Shown in pieces: positions 28,043-41,003 of a stretch of DNA of 64,000 nucleotides. The stretch comes from Perna viridis (lineage: Eukaryota). A program made the translations under genes and the position numbers. Position 1 is the stretch's first letter; each line of letters starts with the position of its first letter. The notes under the pieces were generated by a model. That model saw only the letters and a program-made list of their open reading frames with translations, had not been told where the DNA came from and ran no database searches. The stretch is taken from positions 46,072,862 to 46,136,861 of the forward strand of contig CM074511.1 of assembly GCA_037379345.1 (NCBI GenBank), read 5' to 3'.

Positions 28043-28348
28043 ATGACAAGTTTGCCTCTTGGTTCGGTAATATTTCGAACTGTTCTAGCTGAAATAGACA
28101 AAAAGTACTTCAAAAATATGGAAGTTATTGAAGAAGAAATGAATGTAGAAAAGACAAGGTGCATCACAGACATTAAGAAGAGGAAGCATCATAAAAACTC
28201 GAAATATCGACAGCAATCTAAGGTTCAGTGGATTGATGAGTGTGGTGAATCCCCACTGGCTGTAGAAAAAAGACACTGCTTCCGAACTGAATCGAAGCAA
28301 CATTTAAAACCTATTCTCAAATATAGAACGAACTGTCTCTTATCCTGA
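28043..28348 (+). CDS. 101-aa intronless protein; putative PP1-interacting small protein (KVQW and KPILK motifs), paralog B
   Basis: The ATG at 28043 (not the GTG at 27965) aligns with the start of paralog A. Conserved motif blocks despite a divergent middle region; TATA box upstream. Confidence 0.85.
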   Translation: MTSLPLGSVIFRTVLAEIDKKYFKNMEVIEEEMNVEKTRCITDIKKRKHHKNSKYRQQSKVQWIDECGESPLAVEKRHCFRTESKQHLKPILKYRTNCLLS

Positions 28349-29397
28349 TGGAAGACACAACTGAATAATTAATCGGAATAAATTTCAGTCTTGTCAAAGA
28401 AAGGTAGTACCTAGAGGAGTGATACAAGTAGGATGAATTAACGATACTCATTATCAGTGGTGCTACAGTCAATTCGTCGATAACGTCTTCGCTATAGTCA
28501 GGGTTTGGTCCCTAATAATGTCGTCGCAATAGCCGGGAATTTTGTCCACTGCCGCTGCGGTTTATAATGTTGTTTCGTCTTTTTCACCTGATGTTTGAGT
28601 CAATGATATCGTTTATATGGTTTCCTTTTATTTCGCTATGAGGTATTTTATGCACACTTCTTTTTTTATGGATAATGTAATTTTTGACACATAATGGAAC
28701 TGGGTATGTTTATTCTGAAATCTGAGACTGTAAAATGTTTAATTAGTTGTAAATATTTTTGTTTAATGTTGTGAAATTGTCTTTCAGTAAACGAGTAACT
28801 GACAAATATAAACACTTAAAATAACAAACTATTTGTTACTATACAACAAAATCTATGGTGCCTTCCTTTATCTCGGATATTTTTGCAGACATTTATATTG
28901 TTAGTGCAATTTGATAATGGTATGTGCAATATCGTAAACAGTGTAAAGTGAATAAATTATTGCAAAATTATGCTTTTTTCCATTTATGTTGGCCATTTGT
29001 AGTGGTTATTATTTGTCAATCAAAGACTTAAATCTTGAGCTGTCTTTTGGATTCTATATTTTTGAAATACTTGAACAGTATTTCACCCATTTCAGTACAT
29101 AGGATAAAGGATCTCGAGCACCCATACCGCCTGTTATGGCAAAGAATATAATCTTTTTCAGCGAAAGGAGGCATCTCTGGTAACAACTAAGATTTTTCGA
29201 TATCCGGCAACAATAAAATAGATTTGATATTTACAGGTTAACTGTATTTAGTCTAAAATGACATATGGTTGTTTCCATATATTGTAACATTTGTTTTTGA
29301 CAGTGAATAGATATATAAGTATCGTTAGTTGCATGTTAAGACTTTGAAAAGCTTATTTAATGGTGCTCATATGGTATTTCCTACTATTTTTCATATA

Positions 29398-30674
29398 TGG
29401 TTCACCTAGATACAAATATGTAGTTCTTGGTAGAGATTTCTCATACTTTGTAAGAAATAATTCCAAATCATCTTCCAAATACATAGAGGAATATGTTTAC
29501 AAAATGCTGGAATTTTTAATCGACAACATATTTGTCCAGTGTGGTGGACGTGTTTTTCTAGAAAAGCAGAGGACGCTTACCCTACCGGTGCACCTGGTCC
29601 ATGCTCCCAGTTTTTAGTGGAGTCCGAGTTGCTCATTTACTTTTGTTACTTTGTATGTATGATTTTAGTTACTTTATGTTCTTTGTTGTGTATGTCTGTT
29701 CTCCATGTCTGGTCTTTGTTCCTGGATTACATTCTTTTGATTACCGCTATAACCTTGGTTCCCTTGATTACTCTTTCAACAAACGGTCGGCATTCCAATG
29801 GGAACAAATTGTGCTCCTTTACTTGCTGACCTCTTCCTTCACTCTAATGAGGCTGACTTTATTGCTGATCTGATCCAAAATAAAGAATATCGTTTAGCTA
29901 GATCCTTTAATCTCAGTTTTCGCTATATAGATGACGTATTATCTTTAAACAATCCTAATTTCGGGGATTTGATACATCGCATCTACCCCAAGAACTTGAG
30001 ATAAAAGATACTACAGACACTGAAGTCAGCCTCATATCTTGAACTACAATTAGCAATCGATGGTAAAGGAAAACTATTGACCGAACATTACGTCAAACGT
30101 GATGACTTTTCATTCAAAATTGTCAACTTTCCTTTCATCTGTGGCAACATCCCTTCAGCACCTGCGTATGGAGTGTTCATATCACAACTCATACGTTATG
30201 CCAGAGCTTGCCGAAACTACGCAGACTTTTTGTATCGCGCAACAAATCTAACAAATAGGCTTCTGGGACAGGGTTATGTTGCTACAAGATTGAAGTCATC
30301 ACTACAGAAGTTTTATGGTCGTCAACGTGAACTCGTGAATTGTTATGATGTATCCATCAGCACCATGGAAACTGATTTATTCAACGGGTCATAGTTTTTC
30401 TTTCCTCGTTTGTCTACCCCGAACTTGACTTTTTATGAGCAACTCGGCGCGTGTTTCTAGAAAAGCAGAGGACGCTTACCCTACCGGTGCACCTGGTCCA
30501 TGCTCCCAGTTTTTAGTGGAGTCCGAGTTACTCATTTGTTTTTGTTTCTTTGTATGTATGATTTTGGTTACTTTATGTTCTTTGTTGTGTGTGTCTGTTT
30601 TCCATGTCTGGTCTGTCCCTGGATTACATTCTTTTGATTACCGCTATAATCTTGGTTCCCTTGATTACTCTTTC
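29398..30674 (+). mobile_element. 5'-truncated Penelope-like retroelement (Naiad-type RT, no C-terminal endonuclease), family A, frameshifted
   Basis: MLEFLIDNIF..GGRVF|QQTVGIPMGTNCAPLLADLFL, FRYIDDVLSLNN, KRDDFSFKIVNFP, PAYGVFISQLIRYARAC. Stop at 30394, then a 280-nt 3' region ending ...ttactctttc. Confidence 0.85.
29559..29777 (+). mobile_element. 219-bp copy of the element's own 3' end inserted in its RT coding region
   Basis: Near-identical to about 30458-30674; removing it restores GGRVF-QQTVGIPMG in frame. Confidence 0.9.
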
Positions 30675-30905
30675 AATCTCAGACACGACATGAATGACAG
30701 TGTTCAGTCAAATAGTCGACCTAATATTGTTTCCAATGTGTATACCAGTCGTATATACGTATTGCAATTTTCGGTATACTTTACGCGCGTTTCAGTGAGT
30801 AACCTCTCATCTGCAACATTAGATCCAAATACAAAGGAATATATCGAGATCCAAGACTAAATTGCAAAGTTCAAGAAGTACTCAAAGCCAATAAAAGACA
30901 CGCCG

Positions 30906-31014
30906 TTTAGCTAGATTTCCACGATATATATGGTCGAGACTCTGGTAATACAACCTTGACCGTCCGTGCGAGACCGGCAGGGTAGTCAAGGACGTTAAAA
31001 ACCCCCTTAGTTAG
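30906..31014 (+). repeat. Short retroposon 3' fragment (second copy at 60773-60825)
   Basis: Shared ccgtccgtgcgagacc..cagggtagtcaaggacgttaaaaacccccttagtt; ccttgac/gtcaagg hairpin. Confidence 0.55.
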
Positions 31015-31500
31015 TAATACAACCTGAAATGTATCCCGTTTGTAAAATGATATTGGTGGACTGATTGTAGAAGCAAAGAATAAAGATTTACAGTGGGAAA
31101 AGTTTAATAATTTCACTACGAAAATAATGTTATTTTGTTAAAATTTATTTTTTGTTCAGCAAGATCACCATCAACACGTAATATTTTGAAATATGAGCTA
31201 TTTTATAGAGTCTGACAAAATTTTGATTTTCATAACTATACGGGTATTTACCCTACCGGTGCACCTGGCCCATACACCCAGTTCTTAGTGGAGTCCGAGT
31301 TGCTCATTTTAATTAGACTGCCTTGTTTACTCTTTCTGAACAGATATATTTGGTACCCTACTAAGTACTTACCTCCCCTCTTCTTTAAAAAAAGTATTCA
31401 TGGCTGGACTGATTTCATAGGTTCATTTCGTTCGATTAGTTTTGGTTAATTTCGTTCCGTTTCTATTGTTTTCGTTTTACAGTTTACAGATACTTAAATT

Positions 31501-34500
31501 ATGGCGGCGTTCGAGCCACAAACGAAAAAAATAAAACACGAAGGAGAACATTATGAGGACATATTCGAAATATTTCATGAAAACTATGAAGTATTCAATG
31601 ACCTTAAAGGCGTTGTGGATTTTCTAGAAGGGTTGTACTGTGGATATGGAGTGTGCCTAGCGAAAATCCATGTCTGTAACGCAATTTGTACGAAGTCGTT
31701 CAGCAATGCGACTTGCGAAATTCATGCATACACTGGTAAAATATACTCTTGATATTGGGATCTGTCATTTAACGTAATTACACTTGGGAACAACTTTTTG
31801 ATTCTGAGGTGGGGCCTGGCAGTTTTTGGAAATAAATATTTAAGCTCTGAAAAGGCCGACAATTGGTATTCTGGCCCAAATAAGTATTTCATGTTTACTC
31901 AGTCACTACAACTACTGATATTTAGTGTTTTATGATGAAGATGATTTGGGGTTTTTTCGATCTTGACTATCCTTACAGATCTCTCACGACCGCCCCTTAT
32001 GGGGATTCTGTTACTAGTTGGATGTAGTGGAGCCCAGCCTTTGGGATGCCTGACTGAAGAACTCGGTCAGAGTATGGCCTACTAGCGGATGGGCTGCTCT
32101 GTTGACATTTTGGCCTATTCCCAGACCCCACATGGATCCAAGAGCATTTCCCCACTTAACTATTAGGGAGAACATCAACGTGTAGAGTGAACATGTGTTT
32201 TATGTTCATGCATATTATACATGTGTATATAGGAATGTTTTTCATGATGTCATCACTTACATTGTATCTATGATGTGGTTTTGGTTGACAAACAATCCAT
32301 TGAGTGGCATAAGGCATCAACTTTAAATCATCATAACTTTTGCATTTTTTAGATAATTGAAAAATTCTTTTGGTTCCCTACACTGCCAATAAACTCTTTT
32401 TATCCATGGATTTTTTTAATAAATATTCAGTAATTATACTTTATGAGTCTAAAATTTTAAAAATTATTTCATATTTGAAAATGAGGTTTACTGATTTAAA
32501 AATCAGTTCAAATTTATTTTTTCAAGTAAAAGACCTATAGATTCACATACAAAATATGAATCATTTTATCCAAATGAAACATTTTACAGAACCAAAATTA
32601 GATTTAAAATAACAAAGTTATTAAGTTTTGAAAATTCGGATTCTAATCCTGAAATTGTTGTTTATTTAGTTGTGTATTTGCCAACCAACTTGACACTTAA
32701 TGATGTGCAAATTAGTTCATGACATCAATTATGAGATTGGCAAACCCTCCTATTCTGGCCCTAAAAAGTTTCACAACGGCTCAGGATAAAGGTTACTATT
32801 TGACCAACAGGTACATTACAGTGATTGAAAAGTAGTTCTTTTAAAAACTTTTTCAAAATGAATAGTGTTGGCCTAAATGACAAACTAATATGGAGTAGGC
32901 ATTGCTTATATCAGAGAACACTGTGACTGCCTGAGCTTTACCATACTTGTACCATCTGTGCAAGACTCCTAAGAGTAGTCAAGGACATTCAAATGGATAA
33001 GGTACAAAAAAGGGGGGAGCTGATTATAATTTTTTTGCAAGCACAGTATTTTTATTGACAATGCAGCAGCAAGTGAAATCAGTATCTGCCTTGTTAAATA
33101 ATGGGGGAACTATACACATAGAATCATCTTTAAAATTTTTCTTCCAATGGAAGAGTAAAAAAAATGTTTGCAGAATTTTGAACTTTTTTTGTTTTTTGTG
33201 TTTTTATTTCTAAAAAAATATCAGCCCAACCCCAACCCCCCCCCCCCAATCTTAAAAGCACATCACCAGACAAGTACTTCACTATTTTTGTACCCTTAAA
33301 GGCATTTCTTTCAATGTCCTTTTTAGTTTATTGGTCTGATTAGCTTATACAGATACCGAAAATATTACAGTTATTCACAGAAATATTTTACACATATTAT
33401 GTAAACAAAAATTCAGATGCAACTGACAGCATGTGTAAATTCAAAAAAAGACAACAATTGCCTTTCCCATCTTAGAAAAGCTATGCTTTGATTTAGTTAA
33501 TACAATTCGAGTTTTATTTTTTCCAAGGTGGGTTAGGTTCTTGACAACTGCCACAATAGAACAGTGGAGATACATGTACATACATGTACATCCAACTTTT
33601 CAAAAACATATCTAATAATAAAAGGTGAAAAGGTAATCTTCACCTGTAGTCACTTTTTGTTACTTCCAGGACATGACTGTATTTCATTGGTATATTCAGG
33701 GAACTTAAGGGATATTAAGAAAGTACATGTTATAACCATAGAGCTCACACAGCTGTGCAATGCATGCTATTATTACTGGAATATATAGGGGCAACAATTT
33801 TGCTGGACCTGTGTATAATGTTTTTTTTAGGGCTAGCTGCAGTCTGGCCTTTGGTGTATGGGTTTCCTGTCATTCACTGAAGACCAATGAATGGGTGGCC
33901 TTGAGCTGACATTATCATCTCAGTGGGGTTATTGTCTCTTACCACATCCATTCTCCTTATATGAGAGTTACATAACTGTAATGACTGTGTCTAATGGCAT
34001 TTTATATGTACATGTATCTACATATATAAGCAATATACATGTATCATTGTACAATGTATAATAAACAACATGTACATGCTAGTTATAAATCACTAATGTG
34101 CAAGTCATGCGCTGCACTGACTTGTGATATGCATGTATACTGTGTAGTTTGTCACTTTTTGTAAATTATAGGTATTCAAATTTGAAATTTAGTTTAATAT
34201 AGTACATGTGTATTTAATTTCAGGTAACCAAAATATAGAAAACAATTCAAATCCCAAAGGATATGCAATAAGCAATATTTTTGAGTATGGATTCGAAGTA
34301 GTCGAGTCCTTTATTGAAGCAGCTTACAAGATACCTCTTCGTAAAGGTGCCAAGATTGCATTATCCAACTTGCTGACTTTTTGGTTAAAAGATATAAAAA
34401 GTAAGTGAATAGGTAGACCTTACTGTCAGACATGGGTAGAAAATTTTAGTTGATCATACTGATTAAAGAAGCAGGTTTCTTCAAAACTACATGTATACTG

Positions 34501-37500
34501 GCCCACAATGAAAATTACTTGTAGGAAAATCCTGAAGGATTTCAAACAGAACAAACAGGTATATCAAATTTATTTAGCCCAATGTGCAATCTGTATTTGC
34601 TGTTTGACTTGGGCCTCAACATTGGTTTGTTTTTCAAGTACTTGTAAGCAACTTAACTTACCTTTAAAAATACTATTTATTTATTTGCCTGCCACCCCAC
34701 CATAAACAATGTTGTTCTCTTATTATGTCCTTTGAGATGTACTTCTTATACAATAAAATTCATATAAAAACTAGATTACCAAGATGATGTGTCACTTAGA
34801 GACAAAACAAAATTTTGAACTCAAGATCAAATAATTGAAACTTAAACATTTAAATTCTTATTTGTCTTGGACATGACTTTTAAAAAAAAACTACAAGGAT
34901 GTCAAGGAATCCGAAAATTTATTGCATGGCTATTGTACTTTTTGAGTCCCAAATTATGGCTGAAAGAGTATGTCATTCTTACTCCCATCGCATTTTTATC
35001 TATCTCCTTATTCCAACATCGCAAACCAAGTTAGAGGCAGAAAAAAAGTAATCTCAAGTTTTCTCCGTATCATTATGGTATAAAAGCTGTCATCGCGTTG
35101 TATTGGTGTTTGTTAACTTCTGATTCTAGATGAAAGTTCTTACTCGAGTACAGATTTTTATTGCACAAATGCTGTCAGTGTATACATATTTCAATACCAG
35201 TTCCTCAGTCAGTTTCTTAAATTGCTTCTGTCAATTTTTTTTATTTTTTTTTCAGCTCTTTTAACACAACAGCTGAATAAAAATCAAAGCTACTTAAACG
35301 TGACTTATCCCATAATTTCATTAGATACTTTCTGTAGGTAGATTTGTTAGAGAGGCTAAAAATTTTAATGTTTAACTACTGTTGGGAAAGTGATGAAAAG
35401 AAAATGAATTTGAGGTGAGTATAAACTGACTGCATTTATGCAATTGTATGAATTGACATATATCATACTGCTTGTATCTAGTATGTGTAATACAGAGTAT
35501 TTCATCCTCATGATTCTACTCAGGATAAATTGATATAGAAATGTACGTCTGTATTGCACATGTACACCATATATACTGCTTTTAAACAGCTTTTACCTTT
35601 GGTCAGAAGATGAAAGGGGAGGATTTCGATCCAACAAAATTAGTTTAGCCTCACCGCATGTTGTACGTTACGTGCCTGTCCCAAGTCAGGACTCAAGGCC
35701 TTTGGATTGTCTTCTTACCATTTTAATTATTTTATTTGTTTAAGGCCTTGTGCAGACTTCTAGTTTTGAATTTAAATATCTGTCTGGTAATTGAAAGATG
35801 TCTTCTTGACATTTTGCCATAACTTCACTTTTCATATGTTATCATCATTTTATTTTTTTTATAGATGCAGAATTAGCCCTCCGAGTATCTGAAGATATTT
35901 CAGAGGCAGAATGGGCTGTTTGTCTTGCACATCATCTACTTGGAAGGTTGACAGTCAGCCCGACATATTTAATGGACTCTTATCATCCAGGAAAATTGAG
36001 TTCTTTAGAGAAGTGCCTTTGTGGATGTTCAGAGAAAGTACAAGGATGTTATGGCGATACTAGCATGGGTAAAAAAAGTTCTGTTAGAGAAACAAAAATC
36101 GCTGGCCAATTGAAACAAATTTTGGTAGAATGGTGCCCTATCAATATTACGTCCTGCATCTTAAGTCACCAACAAAGATGGCTGCCACAACCAAACTATG
36201 TTTTATGTAAGACCCTATGGTAAATAAAATTTAAAATCTTCTTGTTTTAAACTGACAATCCTGTTTGAACCAAACTTAAGTGGATTCGGCCTTAGATTGT
36301 CTCTACCAAAATTATGCCTAGGATCTTTACAATCCAACCCTTAAAGTAGTCGCAGCCAAATTTAGTCTAACATGGGAAATCTTGAAAAGACCTCTTGTCT
36401 GAAAGTGGGAACCAAATTTTGAAGGAATGGTCCTTTGATGGTCCTCTTTAAAATCTTTGTTCAGTAATATATATTCTGGCAAACACACTAAAGCTCATTA
36501 AGACCAATGCAGAATTGCTGTCAGGTAGAGCAATACAGGCTCCTAGGAGCATCTAGTTTATTATACCTCTGCAAACAAAGTTTTGGGGGGATATATGAAT
36601 CACCAGTCTGTCTGTCTCTCTTTCTGCCCATTCATCTGTCCACATTTCTTGTCAGCACAAGTCCTCCTAAACCACTTTAGGTCTCACTAACCACTTCTAA
36701 CATTTCCATTACTCTACATGTTAAACAAGTAATTTTTAATGTTTCACTGTGAATTTCCAGGACAAATGACACCTTAAAGTTGCATACCATTGCAAAGCTT
36801 GGAAAATAAGGCTTTCAAAATCATTACTCTAATGGTATAATGTCTGTAGATATTCTTCACAAAATGTACTTGAATAAAAAATACTGAAAATCAATATTTT
36901 TATCTTTTCTGCTAACTGACAGCATGGAGGCAAATTACTCACACATGTAAACAATATTCATACACATTTGTAGTAAATTATATATATGATTTTAAAGTAT
37001 ACATTCTCAGCTTTATTTTGACTACTTTTAATCAGAATACACACAATTATGCACTTACAATGTATAGGTCTAGGTTCATTGTGTTTTTGGTGCTACATAG
37101 GGAGGTGGCCATTTGACCCGGAAGTGGTTAGTGAGACCTTAGGGACTTAGATGAAATAGTACTCCAAAGGGACATAATCCAACATCAGGCTTATACATGT
37201 TAAAACTCCTCCTAAACCAATCAAGGTATTTTGATGAAATTTTAAAAAGGAAGGTTTGCATTACATGTAGATGTGCATGAAGGCTTTTAGTTACTGTTAG
37301 AGGACTCCAAAGGGAGATAATCCAACTTCAGGGTTTACCTGTTCAAACCTCTTCAGTGCCACTCCTCCTCAACCACTCAAGAGATTTTGATGAAATTTTA
37401 TAAGAAGGTTTGACATCATATGTAGACGTGCATGAAGGAATATAGTTACTGTCAGAGGTCTCCAAAGGGAGATAAATGAACTTATGGTTTATATAATTAA

Positions 37501-38307
37501 CTTCGTATTTGAAGCAGGAGGGTATTCTCTTGTGATCTTGCTCACAGTATTTCTAGTTTCATCTGGCTTTATGCGAGAGGTACCCAACACCAAAGGGAAA
37601 TAAATTTCAACCAGCTGTACCAATTTTCACAGTTACAGGCTTCTAAAATTAATCAGCCTTTTAGGTTATATTCTCTTTTTTCAGGAGTTCCTATAGGTTG
37701 GCATGGACGTGTTGACATATTATTTCCTGAGGTACCAGTTAAGACATTTACATCAACAGATGATCCAGAGTCCCAAGGAGGTGAAGGAAATCAATCCACT
37801 AGCGAGATGGAGGCATCAGCTGATATCCTATCCTCTAATAGAGAACAAATGAGAGCACAGACTATAGTGTTCTCTTTTTTGCAATTAAAAACCAGACCTG
37901 AACTTGAAAATTTTCTAATTCCAAGTATATCAATTTCCAGAACAAAAGTTGGAATTTGTTTTTATGATTGTAAAAATGACATACTATTAGAAACACCATC
38001 AATGGACTTGTTCATTGGAAGAGAGCTATGTAGACCAACTGTTTTTGTTCTCTGGCTGACATTGAATTTTAAGTATTTTTGTTCTGGTGTTAGTGAAAAG
38101 ATGAAAGAGACTGGTTTTACTGCTGACTTTTTTAAGTTGGTAGGAGGGGAAATTGACAAATACAAACAAGATGTAAAACACCCCTGCCCATTTCCAACAA
38201 ATTCAGATAATATAAAACTGCAAAAGGTTGAAAATTGTAGGAAAAAGCCAAAAGAAAATGTGAATAGAATAAATGATAACCCTGATTTATTTGCCAAAAA
38301 AAGTTGA
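31501..38307 (+). CDS. 4-exon gene, 412 aa, uncharacterised protein with restriction-endonuclease-like (PD-(D/E)xK) C-terminal region; exons 31501..31735, 34224..34400, 35865..36068, 37685..38307
   Basis: GT-AG sites at all three introns, all phase 1, joining to a 1239-nt stop-free CDS. Motifs ISEAEW, GDTSMG-x4-WHGRVDI, QMRAQTIVFSFLQ, IPSISI...FYD...DILL. The fold call is inference. Confidence 0.8.
36100..37560 (+). mobile_element. Two adjacent non-autonomous Helitron/Helentron-like repeats in intron 3
   Basis: Hairpin+CTAGTT 3' ends (gctcctaggagcatctagtt at about 36539-36558; gtgatcttgctcacagtatttctagtt at about 37532-37558), a (GTCT)n tract and an internal ~150-bp tandem unit at 37160-37490. 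Confidence 0.5.
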
Positions 38308-38320
38308 TTTTTTTCTTTGC

Positions 38321-38480
38321 CATGACAAATCAGCAGTATTTAGTATGTAACATGTAATTCATGCTAAGGTGTTCATATACCTGTACTGCCAGTTGACAGC
38401 CATGCCAAATCAGCAGTACATGTATTTAGTATGTAACATGTAATTCATGCTAAGGTGTTCTGTTAGACTGCCAGTTGACA
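38321..38480 (+). repeat. Tandem duplication, 2 x ~80 bp, immediately 3' of the stop codon
   Basis: catg(a/c)caaatcagcagta...ctgccagttgaca repeated. Confidence 0.85.
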
Positions 38481-39065
38481 TGTATCTTTGATATATTTTC
38501 ATTGTTCCACGACTAGGGTCATGTTTTTTGGTAAGGCCAAAAAAATATGTGTGTTCAAGATTTCATCCACAAGAAATATAAGGCAGATTGGTTGGCAACT
38601 TTTTTTGCCTTCCAAGTCTGAAAAATTTGGACCATGCCAGGCTGGATGCCCAGCTGAAATTATAATCACCTAGAAATCAGCCATTTTTACAAGCATAAGT
38701 GCAAAATGCAGTCTGTTTATGACATTTATTATTCATTTAGACCATGTTCTTTTGGAAAAACGAGTAGATATCATGATTTCTTAAATGGCTGAACTTAAGT
38801 GATAAGCATTTTTTTTTATTTTCGGTTATAAACAATTTTTGGGTTGGCACCAAAATATTATGGTTGATCTAAAACCTGAAAGACTCATCCTTTTTATTCA
38901 ACTTAACATTATGTTTAATTTGTCTACCATGTACACTGTATATCATTGGTCCTTCATCTCTTTCTCATGTTTTAGGGAAAGTTTATGTGGACAGATATGC
39001 TTTTTAGCTACTGTCTTCATAGTCCATCAAAAAGTTTTGTTTTTTTGTTTTTGTTTTTTGGTTTT

Positions 39066-39830
39066 TTTTTAGCTCACCTGGCTAATGGCCAAGTGAGCAT
39101 TTACCATCACTTGGCATTCGCCATTCTCTTCTGTCATTGTTGTCGTCCATTACCAATTTTTCAAAAATCTTCTCTGAAACTACTGATCGAAACTATATGT
39201 AACCTTGCACAGATTTTCCTTAGGGTATCTAGCACAAAAGTTGTGTTTAGGTTTATGATCTGTTAAAAAAACATTGCAGCCATATAGCTTAAAATAGAAC
39301 ATAGGGGTCGGACCATATGTTTTGACATGTATCTTTAGAACTGTAACATATAAAAGAAATCTGAGACTTGTAAGGCTCTTTGGCTCAATTAGGTCTATCA
39401 GCTGAAAATTTAGTTAATTGAATTACCAACTTTGGAGTTATTGCCCTTTAAGCTAATTTTGCATATATTTTTTTTAAAGTTTTTGTTTATTTATTTGAAA
39501 GATATAGCAGCTAGCTTAAAAATTATAACTGTTAACAATATTTAAAGAGACAAGATCCATCATTGTTGCAAAGTTCAGAAAAGTCGGCCTTAAGAAAAAA
39601 ATTCTTGGAGTTATGTCCTTTGAAATGATCCTTTTTGATTTTTCTGACTTCTGCTGGTTTTTTTTAAATAATAATGATTATTATAAATTGGAAAAATATA
39701 AAGCATAATCTGTCTTAGGTGCTTTCAATAAAAAAAATGTTGACTTGAATTGGAGTTATTCCCCCTGAAGTTGTCGTTTTTGACAATTTTTCTATTTTTT
39801 TTTTGCCCATTATTTAGAGAAAGAAAATAG
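39066..39830 (+). mobile_element. Helitron/Helentron-like non-autonomous repeat
   Basis: tttttagctcacctggc...ccatcacttggc head and repeated ggagttattgccctt motif; related to 44662-48134. Confidence 0.5.
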
Positions 39831-41003
39831 ATTGATGTTAAATGTTAATGTCCCAGACGATCATTTTTAAAATGGCTGCTATATTACACCCCCCCATTTT
39901 TGCATGGTGAGTGTAAGGATGCATAAATGTCATGAATGATCATATCATTGGGATAGTATGTTAACATTATCTTGCAAACATTTATAATCCAAAACAATAT
40001 CATGCGTCATTTTCTTTTCCTTCCCTATGATATACAGATGTATGTAAATCTGAAAATAATTATGAGGAAAGAATGACATATTTGTTATGATGTCGATTTC
40101 AACAAAATTTCGAAAAATTACCAAATTCATTCATCTGTAAGGGAGACCACTCTACTTTTAGTTTTTTTTAATCACTGTTTTCTGTTGTGCACCAAAATTA
40201 ATTAATGGTTCAGTCATTTTAATAATATAACTGTTTTAGCTCCACCACTGACTGAACATAAACAATCCATTTATGAATTGTTGTCAAGAAATTTAACTAA
40301 GTAGGTGTATTACTGTTTAAAAGCATAATTACCACCATATTTGAAAAAAGTCACTTCTCAATGGCATTTCATTTTTTCCACAAGAAAGTCTAAGGTTTAT
40401 TTGAGGGGCAATTAAAAAAGACTTGTCTTCAATGTTACCATTTATAAAGATAAGTTATTTTTAAGGAATAGTAAAGTAACATCTTGATTCGACATGTTCA
40501 ACTGATAAAGTATGGGCACTGATTCTAAATTGTCTAAATTTGATTTACAGCCACAATGACTTGGTACTTATGAAATGGTATTAGTGGAAGATGTACTTTA
40601 TATTTTGATCTTCAAAATGTTAAGTGTTGCTACTTCAATTAAAAATATATAAGTATACATGTAATTAATTCCGTTCTATGTAATAAATGATGATTTTTAA
40701 GTACAGAATTCTGCAATCTCTGATTTTTAAAATTATTTATTACAGTGGGACTTGTCTAAACTGAATATTACCGGTACTGATACTTAAAAGTTTAACAAAA
40801 GAATTTTTTATGCAGTTTTACAGGAAAAGTTCTAAGAAGAATACTTTTATATACTTAATATGTATAATGTTAAAAGGTGGACATATTTCTGAAAATTGTT
40901 TTAAGTACATTTGATGATTCCTAGAACCTAATATAGTACACTGAAAAAATACGGTACCATTCGTTTCTACTCTCAAAGAATACTACAGATACTACGTAGT
41001 TAA

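Noticed and set aside
29398-30674. Selenoprotein/SECIS-type Naiad
   Set aside because: No in-frame TGA at evident Cys positions in the visible RT, and no convincing SECIS geometry in the 3' region.
30435-30860. Repeated peptide MSNSA..DAYPTGAPGPCSQFL (also 13038-13220, 29539-29829, 62845-63318)
   Set aside because: Translation of the non-coding 3' region of a retroelement; the similarity reflects DNA copy identity and frames break between copies.
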